Assembly (NCBI GenBank): GCA_016223045.1
Contig: JACRPT010000152.1
Coordinates: forward strand, 1-61,351
Origin: Candidatus Eiseniibacteriota bacterium
GTDB lineage: Bacteria > Eisenbacteria > RBG-16-71-46
DNA length: 61,351 nucleotides
Direction of reading: 5' to 3'
Part shown: piece by piece, positions 22,060-31,757 of the stretch
Layout of the letters: each line of letters starts with the position of its first letter
How positions within the stretch are numbered: position 1 is the stretch's first letter
Program-made: the position numbers and the translations under genes
Notes under the pieces: model-generated
What the model saw: only the letters and a program-made list of their open reading frames with translations
The model's database searches: none
Told to the model about the DNA's origin: nothing

Positions 22060-23907
22060 ATGGCATTGCGCACCAGACGAACCGCGGGCCGCCCCGCCGC
22101 GCGGGAGCGCACCCACGTCGCCCGCAACCGCCGTCCGTCGAAGAATGGCGCCGCCGCGAAGGGCAAGTCGAAGGACGGCGCGGCCAGGAATGGCGCGCCG
22201 GCGAAGGATGGCATGAAGGCCGGCACCCGGGACGGGGCTAAGACCGGCCCGACCTGGGCCACGCAGCGCCGCGCCTGGGAGGCGCGCTGCGCCGCGGCGC
22301 CGGAGCGCGAGGGGCTCCACCCGTTCACCATCTCGGGGATCCCGATCAAGCCGCTCTACACGCCCGAGGACCTCGCCGGCATGGACCTCCCGCGCGACCT
22401 CGGCTTCCCGGGCGAGTACCCGTACACGCGCGGCATCCACTCCACCATGTACCGCGGGCGCATGTTCACCATGCGGCAGTTCTCGGGCTTCGGCACGCCG
22501 CGCGAGTCGAACCAGCGCTACCACTACCTGCTCGCGCACGGCCAGACCGGGCTCTCGATCGCCTTCGACAACCCGACCATCATGGGCTACGACTCCGACC
22601 ATCCGAAGGCGCACGGCGAGGTCGGCAAGTGCGGCGTGGCTGTGGACAGCCTGCGCGACATGGAAATCCTGCTCGACGGCATCGACCCGGGGGCGATCTC
22701 GACCTCGATGACCATCAACGGCCCGGCCTCCATCATGTTCGCGTTCTACCTGGCGAACGCCGAGAAGCGCGGGGTGCCGTTCGCGAAGGTGCGCGGCACG
22801 CTCCAGAACGACATCTTGAAGGAGTACATCGCGCAGAAGTGCTGGTGCTTCCCGCCGCGGCCTTCCCTCAGGATCATCGTGGACCTGATCGAGTTCGCGA
22901 CCCGGCACGTGCCGCAGTGGAACACCATCTCGATCTCGGGCTACCACATCCGCGAGGCGGGTTCGACGGCGGCGCAGGAGCTGGCCTTCACGCTCGCCGA
23001 CGGCTTCACCTACGTCGAGGAGTGCCTGAAGCGCGGGCTCGACGTGGACCACTTCGCGCCGCGGCTCTCGTTCTTCTGGAACAGCCACCTCGACTTCTTC
23101 GAGGAGATCGCCAAGCTTCGGGCCGCCCGCCGCATCTGGGCGCGGCACATGCGCGAGCGCTACCGGGCGAAGCGCCCGGAGTCGTGGCTCATGCGGTTCC
23201 ACACCCAGACCGCAGGCTGCTCGCTGTGGGACAAGCAGCCCGAGAACAACATCATGCGCACCGCCTTCGAGGCGCTGGCGGCGGTGCTGGGCGGCACCCA
23301 GTCGCTCCACACCAACTCGATGGACGAGACCATCGCGCTGCCGAGCGACAAGGCGGTCAAGATCGCGCTGCGGACCCAGCAGATCATCGCCCACGAGACC
23401 GGCGTCACCGAGACCATGGACCCGCTGGCCGGCTCCTACTACGTCGAGAGCCTGACCAACGCGCTCGAAGAACAGGCCGAGGACTATTTCCGCCGCATCG
23501 AGGCGATGGGCGGCGTGGTGGCGGGCATCGAGCAGGGCTTCTTCCAGCGCGAGATCGGGCGCGCCGCCTACCAGTACCAGCAGGAGGTCGAGAGGCGGCA
23601 GCGCATCCTGGTGGGCGTGAACGAGTACGTCGAGCCCGACGAGAAGCTCGACATCCCCATCCTCCACATCTCCGAGCGCGTGGAGGAGGAGCAGAAACAG
23701 GCGCTCGAGGAGCTGCGCCGCACCCGCGACGGCAGGGCGACCGCGACCGCGCTCCAGGCGCTCACCGCCGCGGCGCGCACCGCGCCCGGCGAGGCGAATC
23801 TAATGGAGAGGATCCTCGACGCGGCGCGCGCCTACGCCACCGAGGGCGAGATCCGGAACGCCATGCGCGAGGTGTTCGGCGACTACGTCGAGAGCGCGGA
23901 CTTCTGA
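22060..23907 (+). CDS. icmA: B12-dependent acyl-CoA mutase large subunit, isobutyryl-CoA mutase type
   Basis: [18 protein letters not shown] (Phe), [12 protein letters not shown] (Gln), [11 protein letters not shown]; GGAGGAG RBS; no B12 domain. Confidence 0.85.
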   Translation: MALRTRRTAGRPAARERTHVARNRRPSKNGAAAKGKSKDGAARNGAPAKDGMKAGTRDGAKTGPTWATQRRAWEARCAAAPEREGLHPFTISGIPIKPLYTPEDLAGMDLPRDLGFPGEYPYTRGIHSTMYRGRMFTMRQFSGFGTPRESNQRYHYLLAHGQTGLSIAFDNPTIMGYDSDHPKAHGEVGKCGVAVDSLRDMEILLDGIDPGAISTSMTINGPASIMFAFYLANAEKRGVPFAKVRGTLQNDILKEYIAQKCWCFPPRPSLRIIVDLIEFATRHVPQWNTISISGYHIREAGSTAAQELAFTLADGFTYVEECLKRGLDVDHFAPRLSFFWNSHLDFFEEIAKLRAARRIWARHMRERYRAKRPESWLMRFHTQTAGCSLWDKQPENNIMRTAFEALAAVLGGTQSLHTNSMDETIALPSDKAVKIALRTQQIIAHETGVTETMDPLAGSYYVESLTNALEEQAEDYFRRIEAMGGVVAGIEQGFFQREIGRAAYQYQQEVERRQRILVGVNEYVEPDEKLDIPILHISERVEEEQKQALEELRRTRDGRATATALQALTAAARTAPGEANLMERILDAARAYATEGEIRNAMREVFGDYVESADF

Positions 23908-23985
23908 GCGCGCACCATCCATGATCCGTTCCTCCGCAGGCGATCCGGCCCGGAGCCGACCGGGCCTCGAGCGGCGGGTGACCCG

Positions 23986-24675
23986 ATGACCCCGGCCGAG
24001 ACCACGATCCTCATCCTGCTCGGCGCGGGCGCGGCGGCCTGGCTGATGCGCGCGTTCTCCGGCGGACGCGACGAGCAGGTCACGTCGGAGGGTAGGGCGC
24101 GCGCGGCGGGGCCCGGCGAGCAGGAGCTGGCCGAGGCCGCGGCGGCCGAGACGCTGGCCGTGACGTCCGAGGGCTGGGCGTTCCTGCCCGACGGCGACGC
24201 GGTGCACCTGATCCCGCCGGGCGATCCGGAGGAGACGTGGCCGGTGCCCGCCGGGCACGAGGCCGGCCTGGAGCCGGGGACCAATCCCGAGACCCAGGCT
24301 CTCGGCGGGCGCGGCGCTCCGGTGAATCCGAAGACCGGGCGGCGGGTGCCGGGATGGATGCCGGGCGAGCACCTGGTCGCCGGCGACCTCATCGCCGCGC
24401 GCGTGGTGCGCGGCGCCCCGGACCACGACCAGTGGCGGCTCGAGGCGCTGGGGCGCGACCGCGACTACCGGGCGTGGCGCTTCGAGACCGAGGAGGCCGC
24501 GCGCACCGCGCTCGCCCTGCTCAGCAGCCGCATCGTGCGCGCGCCGCGCGACCAGGACGGCGATGCCGTGCAGGTGGTCGCTGCCGACTTCGCCGATGCG
24601 CAGCGCGAAGCGGAGGAGATCGAGCGCGAGCTGGCGACCGAGGCCGGGGAGAGCGGCGAGGACGACCCGCGGTGA
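23986..24675 (+). CDS. Hypothetical protein with N-terminal membrane anchor
   Basis: Hydrophobic N-terminus, typical codon usage, GTGA coupling to the next gene. Confidence 0.7.
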   Translation: MTPAETTILILLGAGAAAWLMRAFSGGRDEQVTSEGRARAAGPGEQELAEAAAAETLAVTSEGWAFLPDGDAVHLIPPGDPEETWPVPAGHEAGLEPGTNPETQALGGRGAPVNPKTGRRVPGWMPGEHLVAGDLIAARVVRGAPDHDQWRLEALGRDRDYRAWRFETEEAARTALALLSSRIVRAPRDQDGDAVQVVAADFADAQREAEEIERELATEAGESGEDDPR

Positions 24676-25349
24676 GCTTCGACTTCGAGGCGCGCTTCTT
24701 CCAGCGCATGCTGGCCGGGCGCCCGAGCCCGGCGCGGCGCGTGCTGGTCGTGGGCTGCGGTGACGGCAGCGAGGTGGCGCACATCGCGGGCGCGACCGGC
24801 GCGACCACGATCGGACTGGACCTCGGCGTGGACGCGCGCGCCAGGCGGCCCGGCATCCACCTGCTCCGTGCTGACGCGCGTCGCCTGCCGTTCCGCGACG
24901 GCACGTTCGACGCGCTCTACTGCTACCACGTGCTCGAGCACGTGCCGGGACCACAGCATGCGGTCGCGGAATCGCGCCGGGTGCTCGCCTCCAGCGGCAT
25001 GGGCTTCTTCGGCACGCCCAACCGGTCGCGGCTGGCCGGCTACCTGGGCGGACGCGCGACCACTTGGGAGAAGGTGAAGTGGAACCTCGCCGACTGGGGC
25101 AAGCGCTTCGCCGGCCGCTGGTCGAACGAGCAGGGGGCGCACGCCGGCTTCACCGGCCGCGAGCTGGCGCGGCTGGCGGCCGGGGTGTTCGCGCGGGTGG
25201 AGAGCGTCAGCCTGCCGTACTATGTCGCCAAGTATCCGAAGCTCGGGGCCTTCGTGAGGGCCTCGTTCAGGCTCGGCCTGGCCGGGTTCCTCATGCCGTC
25301 GGTGTACGTGCGCGCCACGGTCGAGGACACGGCGTCGGGCCATCGCTAG
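24672..25349 (+). CDS. Class I SAM-dependent methyltransferase
   Basis: VLVVGCGDG, ADARRLPFRDGTFD, HVLEHV, TPNR. Confidence 0.85.
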   Translation: MSFDFEARFFQRMLAGRPSPARRVLVVGCGDGSEVAHIAGATGATTIGLDLGVDARARRPGIHLLRADARRLPFRDGTFDALYCYHVLEHVPGPQHAVAESRRVLASSGMGFFGTPNRSRLAGYLGGRATTWEKVKWNLADWGKRFAGRWSNEQGAHAGFTGRELARLAAGVFARVESVSLPYYVAKYPKLGAFVRASFRLGLAGFLMPSVYVRATVEDTASGHR

Positions 25350-25545
25350 CCCGGACTATTCATGAACCGCCAGCCGAGAGTGCGAGATGCCTGTCAGCCG
25401 CCAGCAGCTCGACCGGCCGCGACGGAGTCGTGTTGTCAACACGTCGCGGGGCACCCACGCGAGGCGTGGGTCGCGGCCGGTCGAACGACGCCGCGGATGG
25501 CGGGCAGATCGCGCTCGCAGGCGGCGGGCTCATGAATAGTCCGGG
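25350..25545. mobile_element. 196-bp MITE, possibly IS1380-family derived, with perfect 16-bp TIRs and CTAG flanks
   Basis: CCCGGACTATTCATGA (25350-25365) / TCATGAATAGTCCGGG (25530-25545); CTAG at 25346-49 and 25546-49; no transposase. Confidence 0.8.
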
Positions 25546-25570
25546 CTAGGTTCGCGAGTCAGGAGAGACC

Positions 25571-26317
25571 ATGCAGCGAAAGATCCGTGTGCTGGTGGGC
25601 AAGCCGGGGCTGGACGGGCACGACCGCGGCGCCAAGGTCGTGGCGGCCGCGCTGCGCGACGCGGGCATGGAGGTGATCTACACCGGCCTGCACCAGACGC
25701 CGGAGCAGATCGTGGAGGCTGCGCTCCAGGAGGACGTGGACGTGGTGGCGCTCTCCATCCTGTCGGGCGCGCACATGAGGCTGTTCCCCGAGGTGCTCGA
25801 GCTGATGCGGCGTCGCGGAGTCGGCGACCGGCTGCTGACGGGCGGCGGCATCATCCCGCCCGAGGACGTGGAGACGCTCGCGAAGCTCGGGGTGGGCCGG
25901 CTGTTCGGTCCGGGCTCCTCGACCCAGGACATCGCCCGCTACATCCGCGAGTGGTTCGTGGGCGTGCATGGCGAGGACTCGCTGGCGCCCATGCCCGTCC
26001 AGCCCGCGGGCGCGCAGACCGACCTGTTCGAGGGTCCGATGCCGTTGCCAAGCCCGTCGCCCGCGCCCGTGAAGCCCGACGCGCACCACGCGCGCGCCGC
26101 GCGGCGCACCGCCGCGCGCCGGGCGAAGCAGGCCGTGAAGAAGCGAGCGCCCGCCCGCACCGCGCGGACCGCGAAAGCGGTGAAGCGTGCGAAGCCGGCG
26201 CCGCGGACCGCGAAGCGGACCTCGAAGCAGAAGCCGCCGGCCCGCGCCGCGAAGCCGCCGAAACGCGCCAGGCCGAAGGCGAGGCGTCCCGCGAAGCGCG
26301 CGGCGCGCCGGCGCTGA
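25571..26317 (+). CDS. Cobalamin-binding small subunit of acyl-CoA mutase with a long Lys/Arg/Ala/Pro-rich tail
   Basis: [12 protein letters not shown] (DxHxxG), SILSGAH, GGIIP, FGPGS. Confidence 0.93.
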   Translation: MQRKIRVLVGKPGLDGHDRGAKVVAAALRDAGMEVIYTGLHQTPEQIVEAALQEDVDVVALSILSGAHMRLFPEVLELMRRRGVGDRLLTGGGIIPPEDVETLAKLGVGRLFGPGSSTQDIARYIREWFVGVHGEDSLAPMPVQPAGAQTDLFEGPMPLPSPSPAPVKPDAHHARAARRTAARRAKQAVKKRAPARTARTAKAVKRAKPAPRTAKRTSKQKPPARAAKPPKRARPKARRPAKRAARRR

Positions 26318-26331
26318 GCCCGCACGCCGTC

Positions 26332-27144
26332 ATGGACGCGCGCTGGGCCGCGCCCGAGATCACCATCGCCCGACGCGGTGAGCTGCCGTTCCTGGTCGAG
26401 CACTGGTACCTGGGCTCGCGCACGCGGCGCTACATGATGGTGCGGCGCTTCCGCGAGGTGCTGAAGCGCGCCGACCTCAAGCCCGGCCAGCGAGTCCTCG
26501 ACCTGGGCTGCGGCTGGGCCTACGGCACGCACTGGGCGCGCGCGCTGGGTTGCACGGTCGCCGGCATAGACCTCGGCCTCGACCAGCTCTGCTGGGCGCG
26601 CGGCGGGCTGCCGCAGGGCGGGGGCCTGGGGCTCACGCAGGCCAACGCGAAGGCGCTGCCGTTCCGCGACGCCGCCTTCGACCGCGCGTTCTCGGTCGAG
26701 ATGATGGAGCACGTGTTCCGCCCCGACCGGGCCACCGTCCTCGCCGAGATCGCCCGCGTGCTGAGGCCCGGCGCGATGGTCGCGCTCTCGACCCCGAATC
26801 CCTCGTCGCCGATCGAGGCGGTGAAGCGCGCCGCGGTGGGCTGGCCCGCGCTGCGCCGGCGCCTGCCCTCCTCGTGCTTCCCGGAGGCCGCGGACGACGC
26901 GGCCAGCTACCACCCGTACCGCTACCACCACCCGCTCACGCCGGCGGAGCTCAGGCAGGGGCTCGAGCGCGCCGGTTTCGCCGTTCAGGGCGCGTTGCGC
27001 TTCCTGTGGGTGCCGAAGACCCTGCCCGACGCGCTGCTCGGCGCGGGCATCGCCGCCGAGCGCGCCGCCGAGCGGGTGCCGCTCCTGAACCGGCTCGGCG
27101 CCACGACGCTGGTGTGGGCGGTGAAGCGCGGGAGCGCGTCGTGA
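26332..27144 (+). CDS. Class I SAM-dependent methyltransferase
   Basis: VLDLGCGWA, LPFRDAAFD, MMEHV, STPN. Confidence 0.85.
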   Translation: MDARWAAPEITIARRGELPFLVEHWYLGSRTRRYMMVRRFREVLKRADLKPGQRVLDLGCGWAYGTHWARALGCTVAGIDLGLDQLCWARGGLPQGGGLGLTQANAKALPFRDAAFDRAFSVEMMEHVFRPDRATVLAEIARVLRPGAMVALSTPNPSSPIEAVKRAAVGWPALRRRLPSSCFPEAADDAASYHPYRYHHPLTPAELRQGLERAGFAVQGALRFLWVPKTLPDALLGAGIAAERAAERVPLLNRLGATTLVWAVKRGSAS

Positions 27145-27743
27145 GCGCGCGCCTGCTGGTCGCGCTCAACGGCAGCCCGGTCCGCGGCAGCAGCGTGGAC
27201 CTGCTGCTGCGCGCGGCCTGCGCCGGGGCCGAGGAGGCGGGCGGGCGCTCGGAGCACGTCTACTGCAACGAACTCTCCGTCCGGCCCTGCCAGGCCTGCG
27301 GACCCGAGCCGACCACGGGCTACTGCGTGTTCCACGACGACATGGATCGCATCTACGAGCTGCTGCGCGATGCGCACGCGGTGACCGTGGGCTCGCCGGT
27401 CTACTTCGACACGGTGAGCGCGCAGCTCAAGCTGGTGATGGACCGCTGCAACTGCGTGACACCGCTGGTGCGCGCCCCCGGCGGGGGCTATGATCTGCGC
27501 CCGCTGTGGAAGCGCACGCGGCACGGCCTGTTCGTCACCGCGTGCAGCACCGGCCAGCGTCACGACTTCGCCGAGCGCAGCGTGCGCGGCTTCCTCAAGT
27601 GGGTGGGCGCGAAGTGGGAGGAGACCATCGTGTGGCAGCACGACGACGCGGACCCGGGCAGCGTCGCCACGCGCCCCGAGCTGCTGGCGCGCGCGCGCGC
27701 CGCGGGGCGCCGCATGATCGAGAGTGCCCCGCTGGAGGCGTGA
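27141..27743 (+). CDS. Flavodoxin-fold / iron-sulfur flavoprotein (NADPH-dependent FMN reductase family)
   Basis: NGSP, PCQAC....C...DDM, GSPVYF..VSAQLK..MDR. Confidence 0.85.
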   Translation: MSARLLVALNGSPVRGSSVDLLLRAACAGAEEAGGRSEHVYCNELSVRPCQACGPEPTTGYCVFHDDMDRIYELLRDAHAVTVGSPVYFDTVSAQLKLVMDRCNCVTPLVRAPGGGYDLRPLWKRTRHGLFVTACSTGQRHDFAERSVRGFLKWVGAKWEETIVWQHDDADPGSVATRPELLARARAAGRRMIESAPLEA

Positions 27744-27744
27744 G

Positions 27745-28440
27745 ATGACCCTGCTGCTGCTCGGACTCCTGCTGCTGGCGCCGCCGCCCGGTTCGCCGGG
27801 CTCGCCCGAGCTGGGGGGCGCGCAGAAGCCGCCCGATCCGGTCGGCACCATGGAGCTGGTGGAGCGGGACACGCTCCCGGCGCTGCCGGGCATGGGGAAC
27901 TTCCTCCACCTCGTCGCCATCGAGAACCTGCCCGCGGGCGCCGTCGAAAGGAACGCGTTCCTCGCCGGCTTCCGCGGCGCCTTCACCGACGACGCGCTCA
28001 TGACCGAGCGCGTGCCGAGGAGGAAACCCGGCCCGCCGCGTCCGAGCCTGCCCATCCGGAACCGCTTCCACCTGCTGGAAGGAAGCGAGAGCAGGGGGAC
28101 CTGGCGGGCGCAGGTGACGCTCGAGTGGCTGCCGCCCGTGCCGGTCGCCGCGGTGCCGCGCGACACCTCGCAGCACGTGGCCGCCACGCCGCCGGGGCTG
28201 CGTGTCACCTACTGGGCGCTCACGCCCGAAGCCGTCGAGGCCGACGCGCGGCCGCTCCCGATCCGCGAGGAGCTTGCGTTCGAGAGCGCGGGCACATCGC
28301 CGCCGGAGTTCGCCGTGCACGCCGGCCGCCAGGTCGCGCTGATGCTGCTCGAAGCGCTGCATCGGCTCGCGGGCGAGCTGGACGACGACCAGCGCGTGCG
28401 GCTCGAAGCGACGGCGCGGCGCTCGCTCGCCCCGAGGTAA
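27745..28440 (+). CDS. Hypothetical exported protein
   Basis: GGAGG RBS, MTLLLLGLLLLA signal-like N-terminus. Confidence 0.6.
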   Translation: MTLLLLGLLLLAPPPGSPGSPELGGAQKPPDPVGTMELVERDTLPALPGMGNFLHLVAIENLPAGAVERNAFLAGFRGAFTDDALMTERVPRRKPGPPRPSLPIRNRFHLLEGSESRGTWRAQVTLEWLPPVPVAAVPRDTSQHVAATPPGLRVTYWALTPEAVEADARPLPIREELAFESAGTSPPEFAVHAGRQVALMLLEALHRLAGELDDDQRVRLEATARRSLAPR

Positions 28441-28615
28441 CCCGACTCCGGCGGCTGTCGGTGCGCCGCCCGCCTGCGCCCCGCTGACACGATTGGCCCA
28501 TTTCCTCCGCCCGCGACGGCTGGGGTACATTCCAGCGGCCGTCGCGACATCCCGCACCGGCGGATGAGTTCCCCGGCCCGCGGCCGGGTCCCTCGAACAC
28601 GGAGCCGACTACGAC

Positions 28616-29758
28616 ATGCTGTTCCTGAGAGAAGAGCACCTCCAGGTCCGCGAGATGGCGCACAAGTTCGCGGACGAGGTGGTCGCGCCGCGCGCCCGCG
28701 AGCTGGACGAGAAAGAGGAGTTCCCGGCCGACATCGTGCGCCAGATGGCCGAGCTCGGCTTCCTGGGCCTGCCGTACCCGGAGAAGTACGGCGGCGCGGG
28801 GCTCGACAACCTGGCCTACATGATCGCGGTCGAGGAGATCTCGCGCGCCTGCGGCTCCACCGGCCTCACGCTCGCGGCGCACGTCTCGCTCGGCTGCTGG
28901 CCGGTCTACGAGAGCGGCACCGAGGAGCAGAAGCTGAAGTTCCTGGTGCCGATGGCGAAGGGCGAGGCGCTCGGCGCCTTCGGCCTCACCGAGCCCGAAG
29001 CCGGTTCGGACGCCGCCGGCACGCAGACCCGCGCCGAGCCGGCGGACGGCGGCTGGCGCGTCAACGGCGCGAAGACGCTGATCACGAACGGGAGCGTGGC
29101 AAAGTACATCACCTTCACGGCGCGCACCGACGCCAGCAAGGGCACCAGGGGCATCTCGGCGTTCATCATCCCCACCGACACGCCCGGCTTCCGCGTGGGC
29201 AAGCGTGAGCAGAAGCTGGGCGTGCGCGGCTCCGACACCGTGGAAGTCGTGTTCGAGGACGTGCTGGTGCCGCGCGACGCGCTGCTGGGCGAGCTCGGCG
29301 GCGGCTTCAAGGCGTTCATGCACACGCTCACCGGCGGGCGCATCTCGATCGGCGCGCTGGCGCTCGGCCTCGCCCAGGGCGCCTACGAGTACGCGCTTCG
29401 ATACTCGAAGCAGCGGAAGCAGTTCGGCAAGCCGATCGCCGAGTTCGAGGGCGTCCAGTTCATGCTCGCGGACATGGCCACGAAGATCGAGGCCTCGCGG
29501 CTGCTGGTCTACCACGCCGCGGTGCTCAAGGACGCCGGCGAGGAGTACTCGAGGCAGGCGTCCATGGCCAAGCTGTTCGCCAGCGAGGCGGCGAACTGGG
29601 TGACCGACAAGGCCATCCAGATCCACGGCGGCCTCGGCTACTGCCGCGATCTGCCGGTCGAGCGCATGCACCGCGACGCCAAGCTCACCGAGATCGGCGA
29701 GGGGACCAGCGAGATCCAGCGCCTGATCATCGCACGCGACATCCTGAAGAACGTCTGA
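28616..29758 (+). CDS. Acyl-CoA dehydrogenase (short/branched chain)
   Basis: [45 protein letters not shown]. Confidence 0.95.
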   Translation: MLFLREEHLQVREMAHKFADEVVAPRARELDEKEEFPADIVRQMAELGFLGLPYPEKYGGAGLDNLAYMIAVEEISRACGSTGLTLAAHVSLGCWPVYESGTEEQKLKFLVPMAKGEALGAFGLTEPEAGSDAAGTQTRAEPADGGWRVNGAKTLITNGSVAKYITFTARTDASKGTRGISAFIIPTDTPGFRVGKREQKLGVRGSDTVEVVFEDVLVPRDALLGELGGGFKAFMHTLTGGRISIGALALGLAQGAYEYALRYSKQRKQFGKPIAEFEGVQFMLADMATKIEASRLLVYHAAVLKDAGEEYSRQASMAKLFASEAANWVTDKAIQIHGGLGYCRDLPVERMHRDAKLTEIGEGTSEIQRLIIARDILKNV

Positions 29759-29854
29759 GCGCCGCTTGCGGGAGCCCCGCATGATTCGAGCGACCGGGCG
29801 CGGAGAGAGAGCTGCCGGGCGACCACCTCGCGGTGCGGCCGACGCGAGCACCGC

Positions 29855-31063
29855 ATGACCCGAGCGGCCGACGCCACCATGCGCTGGGCCTCCGCCGCGT
29901 CCACCCTGCCCGACACCGCCGCCGCGGCGGACGAGGTGTGCGCCGCGCTCGCGGCCGCGCTCGGCGACGGACCCGTGGACCTGGCGCTGGCGTTCTTCAC
30001 CGCGTCCCACGTGCCGCGCGCCGAGGCGCTCGCGGCCGCCTTCAAGTCACGCATGCGTCCCGGCACGCTGGCGGGCGCGAGCGCGCACGGCGTGGTCTCC
30101 GCGGAGCACGAGATCGAGTCCGGCCCCGCGCTCTCCGTGATCGCCGCCCGGCTGCCCGGCGTCGCGGTGCGGCCGCTGGTGCTGGTGAACGAGGGCTGGG
30201 GCGAAGCGGTGGCGGATCCGCTCGCCTTCGCGCGCTGCGCGCCCGGGATGGCGGGCGCCGAGCTGGTGCTGATGCTGGGCGAGCCCTTCAGCCTCGACGT
30301 CGAGAGCGTGCTGCGCGCCTTCGACCGCCACGCGCCGGGCGGGCGCGTGGTGGGCGGCATGGCGAGCGCCGCGCCGCGACCGAAGGGGAACGCCCTCTTC
30401 CTCAACGACTGGGTGGCGGGCGAGGGCGGCATCGCCATCGCGCTCGCGGGCGCGCTGCGCGTGGACGTGGTGGTCTCGCAGGGCTGCCGCGCCATCGGAC
30501 CGACGCTCGCCGTGACCGCGGGCGAGGGGAACGTGGTCGCCGGGCTGGACGGCCGCCCCGCGGTCGAACGACTCGAGCAGGTGCTGCGGGAGCTGCCGGA
30601 GGAGGAGCGCGAGCGTCTGAAGCACGGCCTCTACGTCGGCAAGGCGGCGCGCAGGGGCGCCGAGGGGCGCGGCGACTGGCTGATCCGCAACCTGCTCGGT
30701 GCCGACCGCGACCGGGGCGTGCTGGCGGTGGGCGACCACGTGCAGGCGGGTGAGAAGCTCCGGCTCCACGTGCGCGATGCCGCGACCGCGCGCGAGGATC
30801 TGGAGCTGCTGCTCTCGCCTCAGGCGTTCGACACGCGCGCGGAGGCGGCGCTGTTGTTCTGCTGCAACGGGCGCGGACAGGGGCTCTACGGCGCGCCCGA
30901 CGGCGACATCGCGCCGTTGCAGGTCGCGCTCGGCGGCCACGTCCCCGCAGCCGGGATGTTCTGCGCGGGCGAGATCGGCCCGGTGGGCGAGCGCAACCTG
31001 CTCCACGGCCACACGGCGAGCATCGCAGTGGTGCGGGGGAAGGAAGCGCCGCGGGCGGAATAG
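29855..31063 (+). CDS. FIST N/C domain protein
   Basis: GG.AS, VVSQGCR.IG, IRNLLG.D, LLFCCNGRG, GMFCAGEIGPVG..N.LHG.TAS. Confidence 0.88.
   Translation: MTRAADATMRWASAASTLPDTAAAADEVCAALAAALGDGPVDLALAFFTASHVPRAEALAAAFKSRMRPGTLAGASAHGVVSAEHEIESGPALSVIAARLPGVAVRPLVLVNEGWGEAVADPLAFARCAPGMAGAELVLMLGEPFSLDVESVLRAFDRHAPGGRVVGGMASAAPRPKGNALFLNDWVAGEGGIAIALAGALRVDVVVSQGCRAIGPTLAVTAGEGNVVAGLDGRPAVERLEQVLRELPEEERERLKHGLYVGKAARRGAEGRGDWLIRNLLGADRDRGVLAVGDHVQAGEKLRLHVRDAATAREDLELLLSPQAFDTRAEAALLFCCNGRGQGLYGAPDGDIAPLQVALGGHVPAAGMFCAGEIGPVGERNLLHGHTASIAVVRGKEAPRAE
30647..31042 (+). repeat. Direct repeat copy 1 (3' end of the FIST gene)
   Basis: Colinear with 37963-38358 at a constant offset of 7316; ~19 mismatches by hand count. 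Confidence 0.95.
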
Positions 31064-31206
31064 CCCGGCATGCGGCTGCAGTGTCCACGTCACGGTCGGT
31101 CCGGCTCCGTCGGGATTGCCGTAGCGGAGGATCCGGGCCCGCCGTGCCACCGCGATCCGCGGCGGACCCGGAGGCCCACGCGTGCCAACGAACCCCCAGG
31201 GACTCA

Positions 31207-31640
31207 TTGCCCTTTTCCCGCCTGCACCTTTCTGGACCCCGACCGACTTCTCTGCGAAGGGGTTGCCCGGTCGAGGTCCGTACGCTTGGTGACCACATCC
31301 GGCGGAGACGGCTCGACCAGGTCCTGTGGCAACGAACCGTGGCCCAGAAGCTCGGGGTTCGCACGGAAACCCCGGCGATGTGGGAGCGGGGCCGGGCGAG
31401 ACCCCTGCCGCGCCACTACCAGGCTGTCGTCCGCTTCCTGAGCTAAGACCCGGAATCGGTCGATGGCGCCTTCCCGGGCCGCCTCACGGCCATCCGCCGA
31501 CGGCTCGGTCTGACCCAGGCCGAACTGGCCGAGCGACTCGGCCTCGACGAGGGCACCATCCGGGACGCCGAACGAGGGCGCAGACGCCTTGCCCAAAGGA
31601 CTCGCAGGTTGCTCGAAGCGCTGCTGGAGGCAGGGCACGA
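31207..31640 (+). pseudogene. Tandem Xre-type HTH protein, broken by TAA at 31444-31446
   Basis: TLGDHIRRRRL....Q..VAQKLGV......WERG...FLS*DP...IRRRLGLTQAELAERLGLDEGTI...ERG. Confidence 0.75.
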
Positions 31641-31757
31641 GGGTCGGGCCTGGCGTCGCGAAGATGATTCTCGACCCCCCGTGCTAAGCCGGTGTACCTT
31701 GCCCACGCCTTCCCATACCTCACGGCTGCCAGGCCGCCCCGCCGCGGAGACATCGCA

